From Candidatus Bathyarchaeia archaeon (GTDB taxonomy: Archaea; Thermoproteota; Bathyarchaeia; 40CM-2-53-6), in the NCBI GenBank assembly GCA_049513715.1, contig JBEKVV010000001.1:512001-576000 (forward strand): a stretch of DNA of 64,000 nt, given 5' to 3'. Positions within the stretch are counted from its first letter, which is position 1. Every line of letters starts with the position of its first letter. A program made the position numbers and the translations under genes. The notes below the pieces were generated by a model. That model was given only the letters and a program-made list of their open reading frames with translations, made no database searches and was not told where the DNA came from. This document shows, piece by piece, positions 49,409 through 59,900 of this stretch.

Positions 49409-50572
49409 CTGTTCCACTAACTTGACTATCTGCTGTACCGGCGCGTCTGTTCTGAAGCCGCTAGGGTGAAAATGAGTTCGGGTCGCCTGAAACCCAGCGT
49501 CCCGAAGAGCAGAGAGCAGACTCTCAATTCTGGGGGGTTTTATCTTGTAACTGTGAGCTAAGGCATCTGTTCGGAAGTGAAACGATTCCGCGTCAAGCTC
49601 GTCGCCAATCAATGTAAGGATTCTCTGGGCCTCCGATAGGCGAGAGGTGGACAGGGTGGGTGCACGTTCAATCATTGCTTGCAGAGTTCTCCTATCCCAC
49701 AATTGTCCAAGCCAAATTGGGCCACCCAGTTTGGTTTCTGACCCGCAGCTAGGGCAGCTGCTTCTTAGGGATTCCAAGGAACTTCGAGCTTCTCGGCTCA
49801 AGCACCTGGCGCAATATTCCAAGTAACCCAACTTCTTGGCTGCGTGGTTAGCCGGGGTTTTTCCCTTAATGATTTTGGCGTAGATTCGTGCGTAGTGATC
49901 TGTGGCATGGGAAAAGACTAAGTCAACTCCTAAATTGAGTCGTCCCGCGTCGGACACGAGAGTACTGGTTAATGTCCGGATGGCCATTTCCTTTTCAAAT
50001 TCGCAGTGCACTGGTCTTACCCCGTATTTGCGAAAGCTTGCGGCAGCATTCGCTCCAGTGAGCGGTCCCATGTCCGTTGCAGTCGCAGCAATGACCCCGC
50101 CGTCAATGGTCGCACGCAAGGCTGACTCGAAGAAAGGTGCCGGGGAACCGAAAGGATCGAGGTCCACCAAATCAAAGCGATCCTCGGAGTGCTGTGAGAG
50201 CAACAAGGTGGCCTCCCGTTCAACCACAAAGACCTTGGCTTCAACCCCGTTGAGCTGGATGGTTCGTCGGGCAGCCTCAACAGTGTCAGGGTCTTTGTCC
50301 GCGGCCAGGACAGATGCAACGTTTGAGGTTTCGAGCACATACCGCACTGCCCTGACGCCTGAGCCCGTCATCGGGTCGCATACTCGAACATGCGTCCACA
50401 CAGGAAAGTGGGAAGATGCAAAGAGGACTGCAAGGTCCCGGTTCAGGTTCATCTTTGGGTTATAGAAAACTCCCATGCGTCGTGTCGGCGCTTTCGGTGG
50501 AAGAACTATGGTCGCCCTCCCTTCGACGAGCTGCTTTGCTTCATCGGACAGCGGCGTCGGTTCGCGACTCAA
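49376..50572 (-). CDS. trm1: tRNA (guanine26-N2)-dimethyltransferase
   Basis: VFYNPKM..NRD, DLDPFGSP, TATD, GPIWLG, THF..GFRTDAP; start placed at TTG 50572. Confidence 0.93.
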   Translation of the reverse strand: MSREPTPLSDEAKQLVEGRATIVLPPKAPTRRMGVFYNPKMNLNRDLAVLFASSHFPVWTHVRVCDPMTGSGVRAVRYVLETSNVASVLAADKDPDTVEAARRTIQLNGVEAKVFVVEREATLLLSQHSEDRFDLVDLDPFGSPAPFFESALRATIDGGVIAATATDMGPLTGANAAASFRKYGVRPVHCEFEKEMAIRTLTSTLVSDAGRLNLGVDLVFSHATDHYARIYAKIIKGKTPANHAAKKLGYLEYCARCLSREARSSLESLRSSCPSCGSETKLGGPIWLGQLWDRRTLQAMIERAPTLSTSRLSEAQRILTLIGDELDAESFHFRTDALAHSYKIKPPRIESLLSALRDAGFQATRTHFHPSGFRTDAPVQQIVKLVEQLPKKAQPKQV

Positions 50573-50579
50573 GAAAGAA

Positions 50580-51119
50580 TCACTCTCGCTTCGCCAGGCG
50601 TTCGGAGATCGTGTGAGGTAGTTCGTCCCGGTTGGTAGGCGTAACCTCGGAAATATCACGAGAGAATTTTGATTTGATCGAGGAGACCAGCGGGTGGGAT
50701 GCTCGTTTGTGAATTGTGCAAACAAGCGGTTTAGACGTTTCAAGGACTGCTTGCAATGCTAAACTGAACGGTTCCGAATGTAGCTCCATGGGACCTATCT
50801 CGTCTACTGCAACTATGTCTGCTTCAATCAGCGCTCTCTCAATTGCAGCAACGCCTATGCGCTGCAAGTCTGACAAATTCACCCTGTATTTGCCCACGCG
50901 CGGCCCTTCGCCCTGATTGACATGTGCTAAGACTCCCTTTCGGCGAGTTAACAAGTCCTCGAGGTTGAAACCGACCCTGACGCCGTTTTCCCTAAGCTCC
51001 CCGGAAATCATGCCTCCGACTGTGCGTCCGCGGCTCTCCAACAGCTCGCAGACTCTTCGCACTACGGTGGTTTTCCCACACCCCGGTTCTCCGGTCAGGA
51101 AGATACGGTAATCGTCCAT
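50580..51119 (-). CDS. THEP1-family nucleoside triphosphatase
   Basis: TGEPGCGKTT, RVGKYRV, DEIGPME. Confidence 0.9.
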   Translation of the reverse strand: MDDYRIFLTGEPGCGKTTVVRRVCELLESRGRTVGGMISGELRENGVRVGFNLEDLLTRRKGVLAHVNQGEGPRVGKYRVNLSDLQRIGVAAIERALIEADIVAVDEIGPMELHSEPFSLALQAVLETSKPLVCTIHKRASHPLVSSIKSKFSRDISEVTPTNRDELPHTISERLAKRE

Positions 51120-51190
51120 AACGGTAGCACGTGGAACCGCAGCTATTAACTTCTGAACTTCACATGTAGGTGAACACAGAAGTGCGGTCT

Positions 51191-51862
51191 ATGAAGGGCG
51201 TGGCTGGTACAGATGATGCAGGACGCGGCCCGATCATAGGTCCACTGGTCGTAGCGGGCGTTCTCCTGTCCGGAAACCGAGACCGAGAGCTTGTAGCTAT
51301 GGGTGTCAAAGATTCGAAAATGCTAACGCCTGAGGTAAGGTCCAGCTTGGTTGGCAGAATCAGAGAGATCGCAGACAACGTAAGTGTTGCCGAAGCTGCG
51401 CCGAAGGAGATAGATGAGGTTGTGTTGCATGGCGGAAAATTGAAAAGGCTAAACTTCCTCGAGGCGAAGTTGATGGCTCAAGTGGTAAACTCACTTGGCC
51501 CTGAACAGGTTTACGTTGACGCTTCAGATGTGAACGAAGAGCGCTATGGCGAAACGATTCGGGAATTTCTTCTACCCGAGCTAAAGAACGTTCGAATAAT
51601 CTCGAAACATCACGCTGATAGGACGTACCCGGTGGTTTCGGCGGCAAGTATCATTGCCAAGGTGCACCGCGACGAAGCCGTAGCTGCGTTGCGTCGGGAG
51701 TGGGGTGACTTCGGCTCCGGGTACCTCACTGACCCTAAAACTTTGGATTTCTTGTGGGAGTGGAGGAAAACGCATCGCGAGTATCCGCCAATTGTTAGGC
51801 TGTCGTGGAAAACGATAAAGGAAATTGAGGAGGAGCTCGGTCAATCACGGCTTGAGCCGTAA
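51191..51862 (+). CDS. rnhB: Ribonuclease HII
   Basis: GTDDAGRGP, KDSK, SAASIIAKV, GSGY. Confidence 0.95.
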   Translation: MKGVAGTDDAGRGPIIGPLVVAGVLLSGNRDRELVAMGVKDSKMLTPEVRSSLVGRIREIADNVSVAEAAPKEIDEVVLHGGKLKRLNFLEAKLMAQVVNSLGPEQVYVDASDVNEERYGETIREFLLPELKNVRIISKHHADRTYPVVSAASIIAKVHRDEAVAALRREWGDFGSGYLTDPKTLDFLWEWRKTHREYPPIVRLSWKTIKEIEEELGQSRLEP

Positions 51863-51926
51863 TCAGAAAGTTCCTTACTGCATCGAAGGCGTGGTTTAAG
51901 GTGTTTTTCGATTTGAACATCCATTG

Positions 51927-52622
51927 TCATTCTCGAGTGACTACGACCAGGGCGTGGTCCTTCTCGTAGGGTTCGAGTCGCACAGTCTGGAGAATCTTGA
52001 ACTGCCTATGGCGAAGGATGTCGATCTCCTGTTTGAAAACGTCGGTGGGTTCCATCGTGACGTCGACGCTGCGGGATTTTATGGCTATCAGTGCCGAGCC
52101 GTTAGGTCGAAGGAACAGGTCCGCGTTATCTGCGAGAATCTTAGCTTGTTCCGGTTGGGCTACGTCGGAGTAGATGACATCAACGGTGCTGACAAGAGAC
52201 TTGTACACTTCAGGTAACCTGGCATCCGAGAGGATGGGGTAAACGTTGGCACGGTGTTCGCAGAGGGTGTTTATGAGGTCCCGCATACTCCGTTGAGCGA
52301 ACTCCACACAGTAGACTCGGCCGTGGGCTTCGACTATGTCACTTACGTGGCTCGCAGTTGTTCCCGAAGCCGAACCTAAGTACAGAACGCTTTTGCCGGG
52401 CTGAATGGGCATGCTGCTGAGGTTGCGGAGTATCGCTGCAGCGAGTTTACTCCTGTAAGCGTCCCATGTTCGGTACTCGGTCTCGCCATCTTTGATTAGC
52501 GTTTCACCATAGACGCTGATGCCGGGGGCGAGGTTCTTGGTGGCTAGGCGTTTAGTTCCATCTTCTATTGTTGCCCAAAAGACGCCCGCGAACGGGTCAT
52601 ATGGTCTAACGTTTGCGCCCAA
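51927..52622 (-). CDS. flpA: Fibrillarin-like rRNA/tRNA 2'-O-methyltransferase
   Basis: RSKLAAA, LYLGSASGTT, DVAQPEQ. Confidence 0.96.
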   Translation of the reverse strand: MGANVRPYDPFAGVFWATIEDGTKRLATKNLAPGISVYGETLIKDGETEYRTWDAYRSKLAAAILRNLSSMPIQPGKSVLYLGSASGTTASHVSDIVEAHGRVYCVEFAQRSMRDLINTLCEHRANVYPILSDARLPEVYKSLVSTVDVIYSDVAQPEQAKILADNADLFLRPNGSALIAIKSRSVDVTMEPTDVFKQEIDILRHRQFKILQTVRLEPYEKDHALVVVTRE

Positions 52623-53829
52623 AGCTTTTCTTCTTCGCTGGTATAGGCGTCTTGTATTTTTCCTTAATCTCGTCGATTTTCTTCTTCACGTCGTCCCTGA
52701 GCTTCTCACCCATGAAAGTGCCACCAAAGGCGTCCACTCTTGCGGCGATGCTGAGTTTTCCTGATAGTGTTCTGGCGATTTTTCCTCGTTGCCAACGGGG
52801 TGATTGGTGGATTGCGGTGTATTGGAAAATCACTCCGTGTTTGGGTGGTCTTGCTCCGGTCTTCAAGGATCTGAAGAGGGCTTTCTCTGCCCCGAGAACT
52901 TGTAGAGTGCTGGCAGGCATTTTTGCAAGGTTGTTAAGGCTGCCTGCAATTGAAATCAACCTCGCAGAGAGAGCGGACCCAACAATTGCTGCCATGTTGG
53001 GAGCCACTTCCTTCAACACTTCTTCAACGTAAGATTCACTCTTCCCTCTGAACTTGTTGAGGTCAAGCATGAGGCCGCAGAAAGATTGCAGCACTGCCAA
53101 ATCCGGTTCGGCAATTTCCGCCCCCATTGATCTTCTTGCAGCCGCGGCGATTTCCTCAGCTTTCTCTTTGGGAATGTCCTGTGCGACTAGGTTGTCGTGG
53201 GTGAACTTGTTGCGGTTTCCCAAAGTCGCGACAAGGCGGGCGTAGGTGTCGTGTTTTTCGACGAGTCTGTCCATTTCAGGGAAATGGAGCCCATACCATT
53301 CCCGCACTCGTCCCGCAAGCAAGTTCAAGGTTTTGTCCAAATCGTCCATTGCACGTACGGCTTGGACTGCGCTAAGGTCTCGGTTTGCGGCTGCAAGGGC
53401 TATTCCCGCGCGTGCGATTTGCAGAGTGACTTGCCTGACGAATTCATTGTATGACGCCGGCGTTTCGAAGATTTGTGACTCCAAGGACTGCTTCTTCAGC
53501 CAACTATCTCTGCCCTTCCAGTCTGAACCCAAGCGCTTTCGAAATTCGTCAACGGGTTTTTCACTTTTGACGGAAACGGTTAGTTTCCCTTGATTCTCAG
53601 CTGCCTTTGCTGTTGCCTCGACCTCGAAAATGAGGGGGGAGTACTTAGCCTGAGCGCGCTTCAAAGCGTCCAATACGGTTGCTGTGAGCTGGCCGTCTTG
53701 GATCTGCTTCAAACTAACGGCGGCCTCCCGTGGCTCACTTGAGAAAAGAGCTTTCTCAATTACGTCTGCGTTTTCATCGATTATGAAGAGGCCAGCAGCT
53801 GTCTCGATAACGTAGGCTTTCAAATTCAA
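52606..53829 (-). CDS. nop5: Nop5 (Nop56/58) C/D box RNP protein
   Basis: REWYGLHFPE, PASTLQVLGAEKALF, PKHGVIF. Confidence 0.95.
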   Translation of the reverse strand: MNLKAYVIETAAGLFIIDENADVIEKALFSSEPREAAVSLKQIQDGQLTATVLDALKRAQAKYSPLIFEVEATAKAAENQGKLTVSVKSEKPVDEFRKRLGSDWKGRDSWLKKQSLESQIFETPASYNEFVRQVTLQIARAGIALAAANRDLSAVQAVRAMDDLDKTLNLLAGRVREWYGLHFPEMDRLVEKHDTYARLVATLGNRNKFTHDNLVAQDIPKEKAEEIAAAARRSMGAEIAEPDLAVLQSFCGLMLDLNKFRGKSESYVEEVLKEVAPNMAAIVGSALSARLISIAGSLNNLAKMPASTLQVLGAEKALFRSLKTGARPPKHGVIFQYTAIHQSPRWQRGKIARTLSGKLSIAARVDAFGGTFMGEKLRDDVKKKIDEIKEKYKTPIPAKKKSFGRKR

Positions 53830-53910
53830 TTCTCTCCGATTTCGGTCATCGACCGTTAAAACGGCCTCAACGAACCGTAGATGCCCGCGACTTGAATAAA
53901 CCTTTGTTAA

Positions 53911-55581
53911 CTAGGGCATAAAGCGAGCGTCGGAATAATAGGCAACTCGCCCTCCTACCACAGTCATCAGAACTCTCATATCAGGAATTCTTGATGGCAG
54001 GACCTTTCGCGGGTCTTCGTCAAGGATAACTAGATCCGCGTACTTGCCAGGAGAAATTGTGCCTTTAACGTTCTCTTCGAAAGATGCGTATGCCGCATCA
54101 CGAGAATAAAACGCAATAGCCATCTCAACACTTACGGCCTCACTTGATCCAGGTCTATCTACTGCTGCCGCAGTCCCTGCAAGAGGTGGTAGCAGGTCGA
54201 ATGGACAGTCAGAACCCGCGACGGTTCTGATTCCAGCTCGGAGCAGGCTTGAAAACGGATATGCGAATAGAGCACGCGCTGTTCCAAGCCTTTGTTCGGT
54301 CCAGAAATCCGATACGATAAAGTGTGGTTGTATCGACGCGATGATACCTGAAGCAGCGAACCTCTTGATTAGCTCGGGGTTGAGTACGGAGGCATGCTCG
54401 ATTCTGTGTCTGAGTTCTTTTTTGGGGATCTGCGATTGTGCCTTCTCAAATGCTGACAGCGCCATCCCAACGGCTCTGTCGCCTATCGCGTGTGCTGCAA
54501 TTTGGAAATCGGAGCTGTGTGCTTCGTGGACGAGTTTGTCGAGTTCTTCCTGATTGTAGATTGTTACGCCTCGGTTTCTTGTATCGTCAGCGTATGGTTC
54601 ATGGAGCGCTGCAGTCCGCGCACCTAGGGAGCCATCGGTGAAGATCTTGACGCCTCCGATGCGAACCCATTCATCGCCCAACCCGGACCTGATCCCCGCT
54701 TGTTGCGCGATTTTCATTTGGTCAGCTGGGATGAATACGTAGAACCGAAGTTTCAGCTTTCCTGCCGCTTTCAAGTTGAGTAGGGCTCGAAGCTCTGACT
54801 GTGAGCTTGTTATGCAATGTACACTCGTGATGCCTGCTCGGAGTGCGATTTCACTGGCCGCTAATGTTGCTCGCTCGAAATCCTCACCGGGTAGGTGCGG
54901 AAGAACTAATTCGACCAATTCGACTGCTTTTTCGCGTAGAATGCCTGTTGGTTCGCCTGCTGCGTCGCGGTCAATGATGCCGCCTGCAGGGTCGAGTGTT
55001 TGGGTTGTGACGTCTGCTGCTTTGAGTGCCGCCGAGTTTACGACACAAATATGGCCACAGACCCTCCTAAGAAGAACTGGGTTGTTTGGAGATACGTCGT
55101 CGAGGTCGTGCTTTGTTGGGTACCTCTTTTCGGTGAACTTCTCTTGATCCCAGCCGTCCCCATGAATCCACTTGTCCGAGCCATCCGCTCTTTCTGCCAC
55201 GAGTCGTTTCATCTCAGGGATGCTGTGTACCTCGTGGAGGTTGATGTGGCCCAGCGTAATCCCGTGCCAGATTAGGTGATTGTGGCAGTCAATGAAACCC
55301 GGCAGCACAGTCGCGCCCTGTAGGTCTGTGACGCGCGTGCTTGGTCCGGCCAGGTTTGCTATGGTCTCACTGGTGCCAGTGGCTACTATCTTGTCGTCTA
55401 GGATGGCGATGGCTTCCGCTACGGGATGCGTAGGGTCCATTGTGAGAACATTGCCGTTTAGGAAAACGTGTGAAGGTTGAAAAAACCTTGAGGTAGTCTG
55501 TACGTTACTTCTTTTCTTTCTTATCGTTCTTCGTGGTCTTCCACGGTGCGATGATTTTTTGGATTTTCTCTGGCCACTCAA
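53911..55581 (-). CDS. Amidohydrolase_3 (YtcJ-like)
   Basis: PGFIDCHNH, KIFTDGSLG, HAIGD, RIEHA, GSD, GKYADL. Confidence 0.9.
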   Translation of the reverse strand: MSGQRKSKKSSHRGRPRRTIRKKRSNVQTTSRFFQPSHVFLNGNVLTMDPTHPVAEAIAILDDKIVATGTSETIANLAGPSTRVTDLQGATVLPGFIDCHNHLIWHGITLGHINLHEVHSIPEMKRLVAERADGSDKWIHGDGWDQEKFTEKRYPTKHDLDDVSPNNPVLLRRVCGHICVVNSAALKAADVTTQTLDPAGGIIDRDAAGEPTGILREKAVELVELVLPHLPGEDFERATLAASEIALRAGITSVHCITSSQSELRALLNLKAAGKLKLRFYVFIPADQMKIAQQAGIRSGLGDEWVRIGGVKIFTDGSLGARTAALHEPYADDTRNRGVTIYNQEELDKLVHEAHSSDFQIAAHAIGDRAVGMALSAFEKAQSQIPKKELRHRIEHASVLNPELIKRFAASGIIASIQPHFIVSDFWTEQRLGTARALFAYPFSSLLRAGIRTVAGSDCPFDLLPPLAGTAAAVDRPGSSEAVSVEMAIAFYSRDAAYASFEENVKGTISPGKYADLVILDEDPRKVLPSRIPDMRVLMTVVGGRVAYYSDARFMP

Positions 55582-55681
55582 TTTGGCCGCCGCATTTGTC
55601 GCAGTATTTAGCTTGGAGAAAAACCTCTTGTTTGCAGTTCTCGCAAAAGAACCGTTGCTGTTGCTTCAGTTTCTCTGTCAC
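55505..55681 (-). CDS. Small zinc-ribbon protein (58 aa, not in ORF track)
   Basis: GTG start: MTEKLKQQQRFFCENCKQEVFLQAKYCDKCGGQIEWPEK... Confidence 0.7.
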   Translation of the reverse strand: MTEKLKQQQRFFCENCKQEVFLQAKYCDKCGGQIEWPEKIQKIIAPWKTTKNDKKEKK

Positions 55682-55847
55682 TGTTAAATCTGTAACCCCC
55701 AGTCGCTGTTCTCCATAGGCCGTATGTGTGAATAAGTTGCTTTACGCCGTTTTGGGCTCAAAATAAGTCGAATCCGAGCCTTTGCCTTCACAGCATCAAT
55801 GCAAAGGTAAGCCGATGGAAACGTACCACGTCTGGCGCAGGTTAGCT

Positions 55848-57479
55848 CTATGTTACGGTTACGGCGTTTGATTGATACCCTGTTGCCCCGTCTGGGAACG
55901 GTTGGCGGGATTCGGGGTCTTGTAGTTGTCCGTTTCCGTCAGTTGCCCTCACCATGAGTGTGTAGGTTCCTTTTCCGGGTGGTGTCCATGCGTACGCCCA
56001 AAGAACCCATGAGTATGGGGATCGCGGTTTCTTGAGAGTTGCAGTGTTCCATGTTTTTCCACCGTCACTGCTCACTTCCACTTTGCTGATGCCCCTATCT
56101 CCAGCGAAAGCTACGCCAGCTATTGGCAATGTTGCACTTGCTGGAGTTTGCGATGGGGGGTAGTATATGATGGAGGTTGTGCTGATTCGAGCATCGTTCG
56201 TCCATCCCCTCTCCTGCCAATACCCCATGTACACTGTGTCAGTTAGGTCAATTTCCGTTATCCATTTGGCGTTCATCATGCCATACAATCCCGGAACTAT
56301 CGCGCGAAGAGGAAAGCCATGCTCGTTAGGCAGTTGTGCGTCGTTCATCTTGTAGGCTAGGAGCGCGCCGGGTTCCATTGCACGATCGAGTGGAACTCCT
56401 ACGGTGTACCCATCGGCGCACCGGAATACCGCGTACTTAGCGCCCTGTCCCAGACCGGCATTGGTGAGTACTGTGGCCAATGGGACGCCAGTCCACTTGG
56501 CATTACTAATTAGTGCACTTGGTGGGTTGATGTTGTTGCTCACGCATTCCAATGTTGCGTACTGATCTTTCGTGGGCAACGCCATGAGGCTACTGTTCGT
56601 CAGAGTAAGAGGGTTGTTCACTTTTCCTGCAACCTTGAGCGTCCAGTTATTGAAATCCAACTGCGGCAAAACCGCGTTTATGTCGACCCTGTAGAAGATT
56701 CGGTCGTCAGTCACTTCGGATATCACTAGGTCCCTGATTCTTGAGTCTTGGAATATGGGTGGCAAGTCAGAGAACTCGGGTTCGACGGGCTGGTTGTCTA
56801 TTGGAATTGATGTACCGCTGCCAACAACTGGTTGTCCAGAGAACAGTGAAGCACCTATCTTTGAGGCGACACCAACAAGTACGAGGACTGCGGCTCCGAT
56901 GGCCAGCTTCAGTAAGAATCCTCGGCGCGATGGCGAGGCGGGTGAACGGGGTTGTTCTGCCTTTGCGAGCTCTATACGGGCCGCTTCGATCCTGACTTCG
57001 TACAGGAATATCGAAGCGTATCCGAGATTAAGGACGACCGTCAAGGTGATCGCCATCACCCAACCAAATAGAGTGGAAAGCAGATAGACGGTGGACGCCC
57101 TTGCAGCCATTAACGCAAGGCCTATGATAGTTGGGATGCCTGCCATGACCGGCAATGCTTGGGTACGTCTGGTTTGCAGCTGTCCCTTGGAGATGACTCC
57201 TGCGGCCGCGCCGATTACGCCGTAGAGAAGGCAATACAGACCAGCGGCAAAGATGAATGTGCTGTATTTTGCGTATTCGCGCAGGGTGTCAACAGCAACA
57301 GATTGTACCGAGCCGGGGACGAGTGAGACCATAAATGCGAAGATTGCTTCGGGTGGGAAAGGCAATCCAAGAAAATCGCTCGTGATATAGGTTCCGATTG
57401 TAGCCAGTGCTCCCGCAACGGATCCAAACAGAAACAACTTGCGGTAGCTGAATGGAAGGGTCGGGTTGATGTTAGGCAA
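55848..57479 (-). CDS. Membrane-bound sulfite-oxidase-family molybdopterin oxidoreductase
   Basis: N-terminal TM helices, SRRGFL, LECVSN, HGFPLR..PGLYG...KW, C-terminal dimerisation domain. Confidence 0.9.
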   Translation of the reverse strand: MPNINPTLPFSYRKLFLFGSVAGALATIGTYITSDFLGLPFPPEAIFAFMVSLVPGSVQSVAVDTLREYAKYSTFIFAAGLYCLLYGVIGAAAGVISKGQLQTRRTQALPVMAGIPTIIGLALMAARASTVYLLSTLFGWVMAITLTVVLNLGYASIFLYEVRIEAARIELAKAEQPRSPASPSRRGFLLKLAIGAAVLVLVGVASKIGASLFSGQPVVGSGTSIPIDNQPVEPEFSDLPPIFQDSRIRDLVISEVTDDRIFYRVDINAVLPQLDFNNWTLKVAGKVNNPLTLTNSSLMALPTKDQYATLECVSNNINPPSALISNAKWTGVPLATVLTNAGLGQGAKYAVFRCADGYTVGVPLDRAMEPGALLAYKMNDAQLPNEHGFPLRAIVPGLYGMMNAKWITEIDLTDTVYMGYWQERGWTNDARISTTSIIYYPPSQTPASATLPIAGVAFAGDRGISKVEVSSDGGKTWNTATLKKPRSPYSWVLWAYAWTPPGKGTYTLMVRATDGNGQLQDPESRQPFPDGATGYQSNAVTVT

Positions 57480-57613
57480 CGCTCGGTCACAGGTATGAGG
57501 CGTCTGGCGGTGAAATTAACGGTTTTACCAGATTATACCCAATTGTCGCCATAGTGATTTAAGAGCAGAACCCCTGAGGGTTCAATCCGATTCCGCAACG
57601 GGTTGGTTTAGGT

Positions 57614-57919
57614 TTGTCGAGTGTGGTTCGGCGCATTCTGTGGTGGGTGTTCACTGGGAACCGCGGGGGGCCGAACCGCGCCCGCTTGGTTGTGGCTTTG
57701 AAGGCGCAGCCGATGAATGCAAACCAACTCGCACAGAAGCTCAGTATGGATTACAAGACCGTTCGCCATCACTTGCAAGTTCTCTTGAAGAACCATTTAG
57801 TGGTTGAAGCAGGGGAGGGTTACGGTGCGATGTACTTCGTCTCACCGGAGCTTGAGCAAAACTATGACGAGTTCACCAAGATCTGGGACAGAATCTCCTC
57901 AGTCAGCCCGAGGGTATGA
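57614..57919 (+). CDS. ArsR-like winged-helix regulator
   Basis: RGGPNR..PMNANQLA..DYKTVRHHL..YGAMYF. Confidence 0.85.
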   Translation: MSSVVRRILWWVFTGNRGGPNRARLVVALKAQPMNANQLAQKLSMDYKTVRHHLQVLLKNHLVVEAGEGYGAMYFVSPELEQNYDEFTKIWDRISSVSPRV

Positions 57920-58729
57920 GCCAAGTATCTTCAGAAATGTCGTGGAGTCCCCGATTGCCTCGAGCGCTTCAGCACAAACCTTGTCTGTACGATGGCCGTG
58001 GAAGTCAATGAAGAAATGGTACTCCCAAGGAGTCGTCCTCGTGGGCCGCGATTCGATTTTTGTCAGATTGATCTGCCTATCAGCAATCTCACTGAGGGCC
58101 CTGTGAAGCGAGCCTGGGACATGTTTCGTTCCGAACACAATTGATGTCTTGTCGTTTCCGGTCCGCGGCATATCCTCTTTTCCAATCATGAAGAATCTTG
58201 TGAAATTGCCGGAAAGGTCCTCGATGTTTCGTTGCAGGATAACCAAGCCGTAAAGCTCTGCGGCTCTCTCGCTGGCGACAGCAGCTGCGCCCTTCAGCTT
58301 CTTTTCCGCAATCATGCGAGCACTGCCTGCTGTGTCGTAAGCTGGGATGGCCTCAATTCGTAGAGTGTCGAGGAAGTTCGCGCATTGAGCTAGGGCTTGC
58401 GGGTGTGAGTACACGGTTTTCAGGTCGGAGATGGCCGTCCCAGGTTGGGCAACCAGACAGTGGGCGACTCTGATCTTTGCCTCACCTCTAATTTTGAGGG
58501 GTGATTCTAGGAGCATGTCGTAGGTTTGATTCACGCTTCCCTCAAGCGAGTTCTCTGCAGGGACTATGCCGAAGTTCGATTGCCCGTCCTCAACCGATTT
58601 GAAGACTGCACGTATTGTTCGTGTGGGCATTGTGTTTGCATTTTGAAAATGTGCCATAGCTGCCTGTTCACTGTAGGCGCCGTGCTCTCCTTGAAATGCA
58701 ACCGTTAACGGATGATTTGATCTTGACAA
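57899..58729 (-). CDS. pheA: Prephenate dehydratase
   Basis: GAYSE, ENSLEG, SHPQALAQC, NFTRF, ACT domain KIESRP. Confidence 0.95.
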   Translation of the reverse strand: MSRSNHPLTVAFQGEHGAYSEQAAMAHFQNANTMPTRTIRAVFKSVEDGQSNFGIVPAENSLEGSVNQTYDMLLESPLKIRGEAKIRVAHCLVAQPGTAISDLKTVYSHPQALAQCANFLDTLRIEAIPAYDTAGSARMIAEKKLKGAAAVASERAAELYGLVILQRNIEDLSGNFTRFFMIGKEDMPRTGNDKTSIVFGTKHVPGSLHRALSEIADRQINLTKIESRPTRTTPWEYHFFIDFHGHRTDKVCAEALEAIGDSTTFLKILGSYPRAD

Positions 58730-58849
58730 CTTGATATACCCACGTCTTGATGAGGCTTGGTTTGGATTACGCTTGCTCTAAACTGATTTGGTATTGATTT
58801 GGGTGAAAGTAGATAATGAGTCCTATGCCATAGTCGAATATGATGCGAT

Positions 58850-59137
58850 TTGGCTGGGATTATGCTGCAGGCCGCAGCCCTCTTTTCGTTTCTCAATGTT
58901 CTGTTACTGCTGGGGCTGCTTGCGATTTATGTTGGCAGTTACAGGAGGGTGCGGGCTGAATTCACAGCCGGCCTGATCTTCTTTTCCGCAATCTTCTTGG
59001 TGCAAAACCTATTGGCTGTGTATTCTTACGTGGCGATGTTCATGTACTTCGCCTCGGGTGTGGGTGGGTTAGTTTTGGCGGTCGCTGTAGCGGAGACGGC
59101 TGGTTTGGCTGTGCTCTTGTGGATGAGTGTTCGCTGA
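58850..59137 (+). CDS. Small three-TM membrane protein
   Basis: Hydrophobic, 'FTAGLIFF..FLVQN' pattern. Confidence 0.7.
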   Translation: MAGIMLQAAALFSFLNVLLLLGLLAIYVGSYRRVRAEFTAGLIFFSAIFLVQNLLAVYSYVAMFMYFASGVGGLVLAVAVAETAGLAVLLWMSVR

Positions 59138-59173
59138 ACAAAAACGGGTGATGGCGCCGAAACCGGGGTTTGA

Positions 59174-59464
59174 TTGTTGCAGAAAAAAAAGAAGTCCGTG
59201 ATTCGTGATTACAGGTCAGGCACCTTCGACAAGCGAGTTGCCTATGGTCAGAGGGAGCGAAAGTTGGCCCTTGTCGCGCGTGGAGTCATGCCGGGTTTCA
59301 GGGTTCTTTGCAAGACAGAGAACTCGGCTAGGAACCTAGCGTATTCACTTAGGATTAGGGCGGCGCGGGTTGAGTCGGCTGATTATGCTCGGTTCGGTTT
59401 GAAAGTCAAGGTTGAAGGTAGAAAGGTGTACGTTCGCGGGACCAGAAAACCGGCGCTCAACTAA
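59174..59464 (+). CDS. Hypothetical basic protein
   Basis: 96-aa ORF only. Confidence 0.4.
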   Translation: MLQKKKKSVIRDYRSGTFDKRVAYGQRERKLALVARGVMPGFRVLCKTENSARNLAYSLRIRAARVESADYARFGLKVKVEGRKVYVRGTRKPALN

Positions 59465-59493
59465 TCAATTTCCATAACGTATGTCATCATTGT

Positions 59494-59775
59494 TTGCGTT
59501 CTCAGGACACACGACTGTTAACGGTGCAAATCGGAACCTATAAACAACCAACCGAAACAATAATGCTGTTAGGTATGGCTTTGCCCGATTCTCTTTGGTT
59601 AAGCGAGCACGAACGCCAAGAAGCCGCATGCCCGTACTCGGAGAAAGTTTGTTTGGAATGTGAGTTTGCAGAACGCCTCCTATTGACCGGTGTTCCGGTG
59701 GACTGCAAACGGGGTCACATTGAGAAGGTCAAATCGCTCTGGCATTACATGTTCAAAGGCTACAGACGCTCGTAA
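59494..59775 (+). CDS. Hypothetical Cys-containing protein (start likely internal)
   Basis: CPY..CLEC..C pattern. Confidence 0.45.
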   Translation: MRSQDTRLLTVQIGTYKQPTETIMLLGMALPDSLWLSEHERQEAACPYSEKVCLECEFAERLLLTGVPVDCKRGHIEKVKSLWHYMFKGYRRS

Positions 59776-59900
59776 GCGACTAGGAATTCCAAGTCTCAGG
59801 TGCCTAGCGGAAGCTATTCGGGAGATTGTTAACCCGGAAGGAAATAGCTCATAAAGTGAACCCCGTACTATGAGGCGATGTACTAATCGAGGAGATAGCG

